This document shows positions 21,634-31,290 of a stretch of DNA of 32,000 nucleotides, one piece after another. The translations under genes were made by a program, and so were the position numbers. The DNA is taken from assembly GCF_002803295.2 (NCBI RefSeq), contig NZ_PGGB02000002.1:73476-105475 (forward strand), given 5' to 3'. Each line of letters begins with the position of its first letter. Within the stretch, counting starts at the first letter, position 1. The stretch is from Caedibacter taeniospiralis (GTDB lineage Bacteria > Pseudomonadota > Gammaproteobacteria > Francisellales > Francisellaceae). Under the pieces are notes generated by a model. The model was not told the DNA's origin. It worked only from the letters and a program-made list of their open reading frames with translations, and did not search any database.

Positions 21634-22437
21634 ATGCGTGATTTTGCAAAAAACCATACAGTCGCTCCAAGACCACAAAATAAGGTACCAAGAGACAGTA
21701 CGAAGCCGTCTTCGTTCGCCCTAAGAAAAGTGATTTTAGCCATATTATTACTGATTCTTATCGTCGCTTTTATGATGAGTTTTTACAACAAGAACGGTAG
21801 CAAGGCGCAAGTCACGCCGTTGACACAGACCACTATCCAGCAAGCACCTCCAGCGCAAAAAAGTGATCAGCAAAGAGCGGTCCAGACATCTGAAAAATTG
21901 CTGAGCACTCCTGTCGCAGTGCCTCAAGCTTCCAGTAATGTTACCGTCGATACAGCAACCCCCAGCGCGAAGAATAACAGCGATGAGGGAAAATCAGGTG
22001 CTCTTTCGGCAGCACAAAGTGCCAATACCAGTAGCAATACCAATACCAATAAAGAGTCTCCGACAACATCCAAAAAGGCTACCCAGCAGCAGCCACTTAC
22101 TTTTACGTTCTATGATACATTAACCAATAAAACAGTTCAGGTGGATACTAACCCTGAAAAGTTAAAACAATATCGTTATACCTACATGCTGCAAATTGGC
22201 TCCTACCGCAATTTAAGTGATGCCAACGCCACACGCGCTAAACTCATTCTTGCAGGGCTTAAACCAAGCTTGAAGAAAGTGGGGGACTGGTACCGCCTGG
22301 ATGTGGGACCCGTGTACACCCAGCGCGATGGCGATGTATTAAAGCACAAAGTAGAAGCAGCAGGCATTTCAGGGAGTATTTTGCGGGAGGTTGATAGGCA
22401 GGAAATTCCCGAGCAGACAAGCGATGCAACGCGCTAA
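21634..22437 (+). CDS. SPOR-domain (FtsN-like) membrane protein; the ORF opens at 21580, start likely 21634 (MRDFAKNH...)
   Basis: Single N-terminal TM segment (VILAILLLILIVAFMMSFY), low-complexity linker, C-terminal SPOR repeat YMLQIGSYRNLSDANATRAKLILAGLKPSLKKVGDWYRLDVGPV. Confidence 0.85.
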   Translation: MRDFAKNHTVAPRPQNKVPRDSTKPSSFALRKVILAILLLILIVAFMMSFYNKNGSKAQVTPLTQTTIQQAPPAQKSDQQRAVQTSEKLLSTPVAVPQASSNVTVDTATPSAKNNSDEGKSGALSAAQSANTSSNTNTNKESPTTSKKATQQQPLTFTFYDTLTNKTVQVDTNPEKLKQYRYTYMLQIGSYRNLSDANATRAKLILAGLKPSLKKVGDWYRLDVGPVYTQRDGDVLKHKVEAAGISGSILREVDRQEIPEQTSDATR

Positions 22438-22475
22438 GATGATGCAAGCACAGGTGCGCGAGGATTTTAATGCCT

Positions 22476-22956
22476 TTAGGTCCGCTGAATATAACTCATA
22501 AGTTCCTTTGCTAAATATTGATGAATAACAGTTGTTGGGTGCATGCCGTTGTAGAACAAAAAACCTGCGCAATAGGGAAAATCCCCTGCCTTAGCACAGG
22601 TAAGATCAACCTTTTGGATGATCCTGAGTTTCTGTAAAATATGCTCTTTATTAAAATAAACATCAAGGAAAAGCTGGTCAATTGGAAAGATGTGATTGGC
22701 AGAAAAGCGCCCGAGGGTTTGCAATACGAGATTGATGTGCAAATTCAGATTATACAGTTGTGAAATGCTCGAAATAAGCGTAAGCACAGCACGATGTGCG
22801 TAGTTATTTTTAACATGTTCACCCACCAGGTTGGTTAGCGCAGGCACCATTGAAAAGTCGGGCAGGTTTAAAACATAGATATGAGAAGCAGGAACCCCTT
22901 TATCCATAAGGAGTTTCACCGCCTGCACGATATTGTCAATCGGAGAGTTATTGTCA
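22476..22956 (-). pseudogene. C-terminal fragment of an SGNH/GDSL lipase/acyltransferase-like gene separated from its N-terminus by an IS element
   Basis: FDNNSPIDNIVQAVKLLMDKGVPASHIYVLNLPDFSMVPAL...FLFYNGMHPTTVIHQYLAKELMSYIQ; block V-type HPT motif. The ORF as called runs 22476-22982 with its first residues inside the IS. Confidence 0.85.
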
Positions 22957-24363
22957 AATTTAGTGTATGGCTTAAGCGGCATTTTGTTTATCCTGTTTTA
23001 TTTTGTCTACTTCATGCTCAGAGATCCCATCAATAAATTTAACCATATTAATCACCTCAGCCAGTCGCTGATGGCCTCTTAATCTCGACCAGGTTTTCTC
23101 AGCCTGTCTAGCAAGTTTAAAGAAAGCGCAAAGTAGCGTTTCTCTTGAGTAGCAACCTCTGGCTTGTCGGGTTCGGTGTCGTATCGTTGCAAAGCTTGAT
23201 TCAATTGGATTCGTAGAGCGAATATGACACCAATGTTCGGCAGGGAAGTTGTAAAAAGTAAACATTCTTTCTTTATCTTTCGTCAGACACTCAACCGCTT
23301 TAGGATACCTGGCCTCATACGTCGCAACAAACTCTTTGTATGCTTCTTCTGCTTGCTCTTTCCCAGGGGCCATGTACATGTTTTACGCTAATTTGACTTT
23401 CTCTGGACTGCATAGCTTTAGGTAGCTTGTTAAGAATGTTCGCTGTTTTATGGACCCAGCAACGTTGACATTGCGTTTTAGGGAATTCTTTCTCAAGGGC
23501 AGACCAAAAGCCCATAGCACCATCACCCGTCGCTAATTCAGGCCCCGCTACCAATCCTCTGCGCTTGATATCACGCAATAACTCTGCCCAACTCTCCGCG
23601 CTTTCTCTAAAACCATCATCAAATGCAACAAGCTCTTTCTTCCCATCTACTGTCGCACCTATAATGACGAGCATACAGGTTTTTTCACTTTCCATGCGGG
23701 CTGTCAAATAAATCCCATCAACCCACCAGTAAACATAATGCTTATCCGATAAAGAACGACTCCGCCATAACGCAAGCTCAGCATGCCATGTCTCTTTTAA
23801 TCGACAAATCACCTGTGCCGATACATTTTTCGCATTTTCACCCAGTATGGGGGCTAAGGCCTGCTGAAAATGATTCGTCGAGATTCCCTGCAAATACAGC
23901 AAGGGTAACAACTCATCAATCGTTTTTGCTCGTCTCATATACGGTGGAATCAGCAGTGAGTGAAACTGAATACCTGTGCCTTTGCGATCTCTAACCTTAG
24001 ACTAGGCACTGTCACCTTCACGTTCCCAACCCCAGTTGCAACCTCTCGCGTAGGATGATAACCGTTACGAACAACCTGATGTTTCCCGTCATCCAGCTTC
24101 AAATCTGCCAATGAATCCATAAATTCTTTAAGCTCCACAAGGATCGCTTCGTGAATGGCTTTATTAGCTGCTTCTCTAATCAACCCAGTTAAAGCATCTT
24201 TTACTTCAGTATCTACTGTATTTTTAAGATCAAGTACGTTATCTTTACTCATGTGTGTATTCTTCTTTTGAGAGTTTTGTTACGCAAAATAATGCTATCA
24301 TTCTGCAGTGAATACACCACCTAAACAAGGCTGATTACTATATTCCAGCCCATACACTAAATT
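22957..24363 (-). mobile_element. IS256-family insertion sequence, degenerate (about 1.4 kb)
   Basis: Candidate terminal inverted repeats aatttagtgtatgg (22957-22970) and ccatacactaaatt (24350-24363) bracket a broken IS256-type transposase; the two halves of a GDSL gene lie on either side. Exact ends unproven. Confidence 0.8.
22972..24252 (-). pseudogene. IS256-family (Mutator-like DDE) transposase, broken into three ORFs (24252-23950, 23938-23315, 23379-22972)
   Basis: DNVLDLKNTVDTEVKDALTGLIREAANKAI; YVYWWVDGIYLTARMESEKTCMLVIIGATVDGKKELVAFDDGFRESAESWAELLRDIKRRG...ELATGDGAMGFWSAL; HWCHIRSTNPIESSFATIRHRTRQARG. Frame changes near 23375-23390 and 23997-24010, plus an in-frame TAA just before MYMAPGKEQ. 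Confidence 0.93.
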
Positions 24364-25028
24364 CGAGTATATCTCTCAATCGGATGCGCTATTGCCTGTC
24401 CATTTCTTGATGCGATGCGTACAATATTTTGATAAAAATCATTTCCTCCAGCCCAGATAATAAAAAGCGTATTGGGATTTGGCTTATTAGCAACGTTTGA
24501 CAAATACAGCTGCAACTGCTTTAGTACTCCAGGAACGCAGTTGTAGTTACCGTAATCACCAATACCATTCTGGCACTGTGCCATGCTGTCGCGTGCCCAT
24601 GTTGTATCCGTCAGATAATAGTCGCCAGTTTCCGCTGAGGCTGTGGCAAAAGAAACATTTTTTGCATAGGCGGCATTTTTCACCAAGCCTTTGATATTAG
24701 AAAAATCACTGCCTGCTTCAAGCGGCATTTCTACCAAAAAATAATTCAACCAGGTTTTACGCACTGGATTTTGGGTCGAAATTTCATTGGTAATAGGCGC
24801 ACCAAGCTGATTAACAATGCCCTCAGGCTTCACCCAATAATTGTTACCCATATTCTGCCCATCTGGCGCACTATCACTTAGACTGTCACCAAAGACAATC
24901 ACATTAGCGTATTGTTTAGCCACAGCTGGATATCTCATTTTTGCCTGGCGATTAAGCAGTGAAATCACGACGATTACCACAATCAGTGACAGTAATAAAC
25001 CCCAAAAAATCCTTTTTAACATAAGCAC
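24357..25028 (-). pseudogene. N-terminal fragment of an SGNH/GDSL lipase/acyltransferase-like gene
   Basis: ANVIVFGDSLSDSAPDGQNMGNNYWVKPEGIVNQLG (GDSL block I) and FIIWAGGNDFYQNIVRIA (block III); ends abruptly at the IS end (...HPIERYTRI*). Confidence 0.88.
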
Positions 25029-25033
25029 CTCTT

Positions 25034-25729
25034 TTATTCTCGCTGCCCAAAGATGGCGCTTCCGACTCTTATTATGGTGCTTCCTGCAGCAATTGCGGCT
25101 TCCATATCAGCACTCATCCCCATCGAAAGTTGATCCATATTAAGCTTAAATTTTTGATTTAATGTTTCTTTTAAGCTTGCCAGGCGAGTGAAGCTTGTTA
25201 TTTGCTGCTGGTAATCCTCACTTTCTTGCAGCATACACATTAACCCACGTAACACCAGGTTAGGGCAGTTGCCAACATAGCCAACAAGCGCATCAATCTG
25301 ACCGATCTGTGCGATTGAGATGCCTGATTTTTGCGGTTCCATATCAACATTGATCTGTAGGCAAACCTGCATTTGTTTGGAAAGTTCCTGACAATGCCAT
25401 TGCAATTTTTGTGCGTGTCCTAACTCGGATAGGGTATGTACCCAATGAAAACATTGCGCAATTTTCTTAAGCTTATTTGACTGAATTCTGCCAATGTAAT
25501 GCCAACGGATATCGGGTGGCAGCTGTGGAATTTTATCCATGGATTCCTGAACAAAGCTTTCGGCAAAATCCCTTACCCCACAGTTATAAATTTGCTCTAT
25601 CGCTTCTATACTCTGTTTTTTAGACACTGCTAGTAACAACGGTGGGCGCGAAAGAGGAGGTGAAAACTGAACTATCTTTTTTTGAGTCATGACTAAATTT
25701 TGTCGCAGTTGTTGTCGCGTATCATTCAT
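25034..25729 (-). CDS. yggS: YggS/PLPBP-family pyridoxal phosphate homeostasis protein
   Basis: PLLLAVSKKQSIEAIEQIYNCGVRDFAESFVQESMDKIPQLPPDIRWHYIGRIQSNKLKKI; LRGLMCM; SMGMSADMEAAIAAGSTIIRVGSAIFG. Confidence 0.93.
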   Translation of the reverse strand: MNDTRQQLRQNLVMTQKKIVQFSPPLSRPPLLLAVSKKQSIEAIEQIYNCGVRDFAESFVQESMDKIPQLPPDIRWHYIGRIQSNKLKKIAQCFHWVHTLSELGHAQKLQWHCQELSKQMQVCLQINVDMEPQKSGISIAQIGQIDALVGYVGNCPNLVLRGLMCMLQESEDYQQQITSFTRLASLKETLNQKFKLNMDQLSMGMSADMEAAIAAGSTIIRVGSAIFGQRE

Positions 25730-25775
25730 CTGCTATAGTTTCAAATATGGATTTTAAGTAAAGGGACATCATAGC

Positions 25776-26816
25776 ATGAACTTAAAGGAATTATTATCGC
25801 TTTGTGTAAGTCGAAAAGCCTCGGATTTGCATATTTCAAGCGGTGTCCTCCCTATGCTGCGTATAGATGGACACATGGAATCTATCGATCAAACACCACT
25901 GCAGGCTGGTATGGTGCACATGTTTATTAAAGACCTTATGAACCCAGAGCAGCTAGACCAATTTCAGGAAACACTGGAATATGATTTCTCCATCCATGCT
26001 CCTGAAATTCATTCGCGCTTCAGGGTTAATGCCTTTATGCAGGATCGAGGTCCTGCGATTGTCTTTCGCCTGATTCCTGAAAGCGTGCATAGTTTGGAGG
26101 ATCTCAAAGCGCCTGAAATCTTCAAGCAATTGACGCATCAGCTGTATGGCTTGATTGTGGTCACAGGTCCAACAGGTAGTGGCAAAAGCACGACTCTGGC
26201 AGCTATGATTGATCATATTAACAAGACAGAGAAAGGGCATATTATTTCAATTGAGGATCCTATCGAATTTACGCATATCCCGGAGAAATGTCTGATCAAT
26301 CAACGGGAGGTCAAGCGTGATACTTTAAGCTTTAATAACGCATTACGTGCTGCTCTTCGCGAAGATCCTGACTACATTTTAGTAGGGGAAATGCGTGATA
26401 TTGAAACAATTCGTTTGGCTCTTACAGCCGCAGAAACAGGGCACTTGGTTTTTGCCACACTACATACTTCATCTGCACCTAAGACCATTGATCGCATCAT
26501 TAATGTATTTCCAGGAGATGAGCAATCAATGATCCGTTCAATGTTATCCGAGTCATTACAAGCGGTCATTGCACAAAGGCTTATTAGCAAAAAAGAGGGT
26601 GGCAGAGTTGCCGCACACGAAATCCTCATTGCTAATACTGCTGTGAGAAATTTAATTCGCGAGAATAAAATTCCTCAGCTTTATAATGTACTACAAACCA
26701 GTCAGAGCAAAGGCATGCAAACCTTTCAACAGGCACTCATAAAGCTTTTTAATCAAGGAGTGATTAGTGATGTTGAGCTTAAAAAATATGATGGATCACA
26801 ACAATCGCTTGAGTGA
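25776..26816 (+). CDS. pilT: Type IV pilus retraction ATPase PilT-type
   Basis: ASDLHISSGVLPMLRIDG; GLIVVTGPTGSGKSTTLAAMIDHIN; IEDPIEFTH; ALRAALREDPDYILVGEMRDIETIRLALTAAETGHLVFATLHTSSA; VIAQRLISKK. Confidence 0.95.
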   Translation: MNLKELLSLCVSRKASDLHISSGVLPMLRIDGHMESIDQTPLQAGMVHMFIKDLMNPEQLDQFQETLEYDFSIHAPEIHSRFRVNAFMQDRGPAIVFRLIPESVHSLEDLKAPEIFKQLTHQLYGLIVVTGPTGSGKSTTLAAMIDHINKTEKGHIISIEDPIEFTHIPEKCLINQREVKRDTLSFNNALRAALREDPDYILVGEMRDIETIRLALTAAETGHLVFATLHTSSAPKTIDRIINVFPGDEQSMIRSMLSESLQAVIAQRLISKKEGGRVAAHEILIANTAVRNLIRENKIPQLYNVLQTSQSKGMQTFQQALIKLFNQGVISDVELKKYDGSQQSLE

Positions 26817-28268
26817 TCAGCGCCGCCAAAAATCAGGGGTAAATAACACCAGAATGGTGAAAACTTCTAAACGCCCCAAGAGCATTCCAAAGTTTAAAAG
26901 CCAATGGGCAGCAGCGGGCAACGTGGCGTAATTAACTCCAACCTGCCCAAGACCTGGTCCTGCATTAGAAATACTGGCTGCCACAGCGGAAAAAGCAGTT
27001 ATAGAGTCTACCCCAACCCCCATCATACATAGCCACAAAATAACAAATAAAATAAAATACGCCGCGACAAACCCCCATACACTACTCATCACACTTTCAG
27101 ACATGACTTTATTGCCAAACTTTATAGGAAATACGCCTGCTGGGTGCACCAGGCGTCTTGCTTCACGAAAAGCCTGTTTTCTTAGGAGTACCGCGCGCAC
27201 AATCTTAAGACCTCCAGAGCTTGAGCCCGCGCACCCTCCAACGAGTCCTATGATCATTAATAAAATTGGCAGAAATAAAGGCCACAGATGATAATTTGAA
27301 TCTGAGGTAAACCCTGTTGTTGTTATCAGGGATGCTACTTGAAATATGCCATCCCAAAAAGCACGTTCATTGTTTTTGCTGGCATCTTGCGAAATAAGCG
27401 TTAGCACTACGACTACCATCATTGAAAAAGCAAAAAAGATATAGGCTCTAAATTCAGGATCACGCCAATATATTTTAAGAGACATTTTGCGCAAAGCAGT
27501 GAAATGCAAGGCAAAGCTTGCACCACCAATGATCATGTAAAAAATACAGATCGAATAAACCAGTGGCGTCTGTCCTGCCATTGACGCATCGCTTGGGGCA
27601 AAACCAGCGGTGCTCACGGTTGAGTAGGCGTAACACACGGCATTAAACCAGCTCATGCCGCCAAGTTTGTAACTGATAATACATAACACCACCAACAATA
27701 AATAAACACCCCACAACACTTTTGCCGTATCAGCAATGCGTGGCGTTAGCTTATTTTCTTTCCAGGGACCATTAGCTTCTGCGCGATATAGCTGCATTCC
27801 TCCGACACCCAGCATCGGTAAAATAGCGACCGATAAGATAATAATCCCCATCCCACCTAGTAATTGTGTCTGCTGGCGATAGTACAAAAGACTCTTAGGC
27901 AGCACATCCAACCCGTGAATCACCGTAGCTCCTGTTGTGGTAAATCCCGAAATTGACTCAAACACGGCATCAGAGAAGCTTAGATCTAAGCCATTGGAGA
28001 GCATATAGGGAATGGCACCATATAGACCCAATACCGACCATATGGCAATCACCACAATAAAACCATCTTTAACCGTTAATTGTTTCCTGGACTTAGCGCT
28101 TAATGCCCAAAATGTCACCCCCGAAATCAGCGTAATTAAAAAGCTAAAGATAAAAGGCTCTGTATTGTGCTCGTCATAAATCCAGCTCACGACAATCGGC
28201 GTTAGCATCGTTAAACTAAAAAACATCAAGAGCATACCTAAGACTTTAAATATCGGACCTGGGCGCAT
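26817..28268 (-). CDS. trkH: TrkH-family potassium uptake protein
   Basis: Multiple TM segments; SNGLDLSFSDAVFESISGFTTTGATV; LLYYRQQTQLLGGMGIIILSVAILPMLGVGGMQLYRAE; LVGGCAGSSSGGLKIVRAVLL; SNAGPGLGQVG. Confidence 0.95.
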   Translation of the reverse strand: MRPGPIFKVLGMLLMFFSLTMLTPIVVSWIYDEHNTEPFIFSFLITLISGVTFWALSAKSRKQLTVKDGFIVVIAIWSVLGLYGAIPYMLSNGLDLSFSDAVFESISGFTTTGATVIHGLDVLPKSLLYYRQQTQLLGGMGIIILSVAILPMLGVGGMQLYRAEANGPWKENKLTPRIADTAKVLWGVYLLLVVLCIISYKLGGMSWFNAVCYAYSTVSTAGFAPSDASMAGQTPLVYSICIFYMIIGGASFALHFTALRKMSLKIYWRDPEFRAYIFFAFSMMVVVVLTLISQDASKNNERAFWDGIFQVASLITTTGFTSDSNYHLWPLFLPILLMIIGLVGGCAGSSSGGLKIVRAVLLRKQAFREARRLVHPAGVFPIKFGNKVMSESVMSSVWGFVAAYFILFVILWLCMMGVGVDSITAFSAVAASISNAGPGLGQVGVNYATLPAAAHWLLNFGMLLGRLEVFTILVLFTPDFWRR

Positions 28269-28326
28269 AAAGGGTCTTTTCCTAAAATTATTTAATCTGA
28301 TTCACATACTCGAACACGCACTACTT

Positions 28327-28489
28327 TTATACCCATCACAAACCATTTTACAGAATTTCTTGCTTTGCACTTTACGTGATTTTGGCAGATTGAATTTTGG
28401 CAATAGTCCCAGCTATTACCTGCAATCCAATCTGCCAAAATCTTCATAAACTGCTTCGCAATTAAACACCGCAAAATGATTTGTGATGG
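28327..28489. repeat. Nested inverted-repeat, MITE-like element: outer arms 28333-28349 / 28473-28489 (1 mismatch in 17), inner arms 28378-28392 / 28428-28442 (15/15)
   Basis: Outer: ccatcacaaaccatttt versus aaaatgatttgtgatgg. Inner: gattttggcagattg versus caatctgccaaaatc. The outer-left arm extends to a 23-bp exact match with 996-1018 in inverse orientation. Confidence 0.8.
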
Positions 28490-28565
28490 AGCGCTGTTGG
28501 AATAGGCCTTTTCAAGGCATTCTAGTATAATCGCAGTCGAAATAGAAACAACAACTTAGGTCACC

Positions 28566-28751
28566 ATGTCAATTATTCTTAAAATACTCCATCTGTTTGA
28601 TAACAATAAAAAGCGCGAGTATGTTAGTGACGCAGGAAATTTTCTGGCAGATTTTGATCGCGACTTTCCAACGCGTTCAAAATCACAAAAAAAAGAAGCG
28701 CAAAAGCATCGGAATATTTTCACACGCAAGACGGATGGTTTTACCATTTAA
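28566..28751 (+). CDS. Small conserved-looking hypothetical protein (61 aa)
   Basis: MSIILKILHLFDNNKKREYVSDAGNFLADFDRDFPTRSKSQKKEAQKHRNIFTRKTDGFTI; charged, domain-like composition; occupies the gap between trkH and glyQ. Confidence 0.55.
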   Translation: MSIILKILHLFDNNKKREYVSDAGNFLADFDRDFPTRSKSQKKEAQKHRNIFTRKTDGFTI

Positions 28752-28768
28752 AACTCACCTCCCTTACT

Positions 28769-29659
28769 TCATGCATTCGCCAAAATCGGAAATCCTAAGT
28801 TTTCTCTGGTTTTATAGTAAACCTCAGCAATGCCGCGCGATAAGGTACGCACGCGCAAAATATAGCGCTGGCGTTCTGTTGCTGAAATTGCGTGACGCGC
28901 ATCCAACAGGTTAAATGTGTGCGAAGCCTTTAGCATCATCTCATAGGCAGGAAGTGCCAAGTCCTTCTCTAGTAGGCGTACGCTTTCTTTTTCCAGAAAA
29001 TCAAATTCGCTGAACAAGTGTTCAATATTGGCTTCTTCAAAGTTATATTGTGACATTTCACGCTCATTCTGTTGAAATACATCCCGATAATAAATGGGAC
29101 CCATAGCAGTGTTTGCCCATAATAAGTCATACATGCTATCTACATTTTGCAAATACATAGCCAGGCGCTCAAGACCATAGGTAATCTCACCTGTGACAGG
29201 TTTACATTCCAATCCCCCCACTTGTTGAAAATAGGTAAATTGAGTCACCTCCATGCCATTAGCCCACACCTCCCAGCCTAAGCCCCAGGCTCCCAAAGTT
29301 GGTGATTCCCAATTATCTTCAACAAAGCGAATATCATGTTCCAATGGGTCAATGCCTAATATGCGCAGTGAGCCTAAATAGAGTTCTTGAAAGTCTTTGG
29401 GTGATGGTTTCATCACCACCTGAAACTGGTAATAATGCTGACCACGATTTGGATTCTCACCGTAGCGACCATCGGTTGGGCGACGCGATGGCTGTACGTA
29501 GGCTGCATTCCAGTTCTCAGGACCAATGGCACGCAAAAAGGTCGCTGGATGAAACGTTCCTGCTCCCACTTCCATGTCCAAAGGTTGCACGATCATACAG
29601 CCCTTTTCAGCCCAATACTGTTGTAGTTTAAAAATAATATCTTGAAACGTGAGTGTCAT
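28769..29659 (-). CDS. glyQ: Glycine--tRNA ligase subunit alpha
   Basis: [69 protein letters not shown]. Confidence 0.98.
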   Translation of the reverse strand: MTLTFQDIIFKLQQYWAEKGCMIVQPLDMEVGAGTFHPATFLRAIGPENWNAAYVQPSRRPTDGRYGENPNRGQHYYQFQVVMKPSPKDFQELYLGSLRILGIDPLEHDIRFVEDNWESPTLGAWGLGWEVWANGMEVTQFTYFQQVGGLECKPVTGEITYGLERLAMYLQNVDSMYDLLWANTAMGPIYYRDVFQQNEREMSQYNFEEANIEHLFSEFDFLEKESVRLLEKDLALPAYEMMLKASHTFNLLDARHAISATERQRYILRVRTLSRGIAEVYYKTRENLGFPILANA

Positions 29660-29695
29660 CGTTTATCCACATTTAACACATCAAAGTTGCGCTAG

Positions 29696-29707
29696 AGTAT
29701 ATACTCA
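29696..29707. promoter_or_regulatory. 12-bp palindrome gagtatatactc, 37-48 bp upstream of glyQ; contains a TATACT -10-like hexamer
   Basis: Perfect palindrome; the same motif is at 31975-31986 and a near-copy at 11860-11870. Confidence 0.4.
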
Positions 29708-29858
29708 TTGACGTTGGTTTTGTAGTGTTTATCCTGTGCTTTACGCCAGGTTGCCATCTTAATTCTACCGCTTATCCTGAAATCTCGTTATAATCGCCTG
29801 CGAGAATGAGATGACTATGTCGAACTCACGTTAAATAAAAGAGCAGGTAATAATCACC

Positions 29859-31262
29859 ATGGTACAAACGCATACCGCAAAAACACTTTTTACGACACCC
29901 ATGCTTATCGGGCAAAAGGTTACGGTCAGGGGTTGGCTTAGGAGTCGTCGTGACTCCAAGGCTGGCATTTCTTTTTTAGCTATTCACGATGGCTCTTGCT
30001 TTGACCCCATTCAGGCAATTGCTGAAAGCAGTTTAGCCAACTATCAATCAGAAATTTTAGGTCTGACCAAAGATTGCGCCATTGAAGTTACAGGGACATT
30101 GGTGGCGTCTCAAGGCAAAGGTCAAAACGTTGAAATTCAAGCGGACAACGTTATTGTTCATGGCTGGATCGATAATCCTGAAACATATCCTGTATCCCCA
30201 AAACGCCATACGATGGAATACCTTCGAGAACATGCACATTTGCGCGTTCGCACCAATCTGATTGGTGCTGTTTCACGCATGCGTCACACCTTGGCTCATG
30301 CCATTCATAATTTCTTTCATGCTGAAGGTTTCTTCTGGGTGAACACGCCTATTTTAACCTCTAATGATTGTGAGGGTGCGGGCGAGCTTTTTCGCGTATC
30401 TACACTTGATCAATTAAACCTGCCTAAAGATGACAAGGGAGAAATTGATTATACTCAGGATTTTTTTGGTCGCGAAACTTTTCTTACGGTTTCAGGGCAA
30501 CTCAATGTTGAAACTTACTGCATGGCTTTATCAAAAGTTTACACTTTTGGTCCAACCTTTCGTGCTGAAAACTCCAACACGTCACGCCATTTGGCTGAGT
30601 TTTGGATGGTGGAACCTGAGTTTGCTTTTGCCAGCTTAAGCGACGATGCTGACTTAGCTGAGAAGCTTTTGAAGTCTGTCATTAAAACAGTAATGAGTGA
30701 ACGCCAGGATGATCTGCAATTCTTTGATCAGTTTATGGAAAAAGGGCTGTTAGACAAACTTGACTCTGTTGTTAATAATAATTTTATCCGCGTTGAGTAC
30801 ACCGATGCAATTGAGATTTTAAAAACCTGTGGCAAAAAATTTGAATACTCCGTTGAATGGGGCTTGGATCTGCAATCTGAGCATGAGCGCTATTTATGTG
30901 AAGAGCACTTTAAGTCCCCCGTTGTATTGATGAATTACCCTAAAGATATTAAGGCATTTTATATGCGCTTGAATGGTGATGGAAAAACCGTTGCTGCAAT
31001 GGATGTTCTGGTGCCAGGCATCGGTGAAATTATCGGTGGCAGCCAGCGCGAGGAGCGCCTTGAAATACTGGATCAGCGTATCGCTGAAACCGGGGTCGAT
31101 GCTGAAGGCTTATACTGGTATCGCGATCTACGTCGCTATGGTACCGTACCCCATTGCGGCTTTGGTCTTGGTTTTGAGCGCCTGTTGGGCTATATCACTG
31201 GCGTGCCAAACATTCGCGATGTCATCCCGTTTCCGCGTACGCCAGGAAATGCGAAGTTTTAA
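29859..31262 (+). CDS. asnS: Asparagine--tRNA ligase
   Basis: [34 protein letters not shown]; [50 protein letters not shown]; [32 protein letters not shown]. Confidence 0.98.
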   Translation: MVQTHTAKTLFTTPMLIGQKVTVRGWLRSRRDSKAGISFLAIHDGSCFDPIQAIAESSLANYQSEILGLTKDCAIEVTGTLVASQGKGQNVEIQADNVIVHGWIDNPETYPVSPKRHTMEYLREHAHLRVRTNLIGAVSRMRHTLAHAIHNFFHAEGFFWVNTPILTSNDCEGAGELFRVSTLDQLNLPKDDKGEIDYTQDFFGRETFLTVSGQLNVETYCMALSKVYTFGPTFRAENSNTSRHLAEFWMVEPEFAFASLSDDADLAEKLLKSVIKTVMSERQDDLQFFDQFMEKGLLDKLDSVVNNNFIRVEYTDAIEILKTCGKKFEYSVEWGLDLQSEHERYLCEEHFKSPVVLMNYPKDIKAFYMRLNGDGKTVAAMDVLVPGIGEIIGGSQREERLEILDQRIAETGVDAEGLYWYRDLRRYGTVPHCGFGLGFERLLGYITGVPNIRDVIPFPRTPGNAKF

Positions 31263-31290
31263 CGCCACTATTCAGCAAAACCTTAATCAG

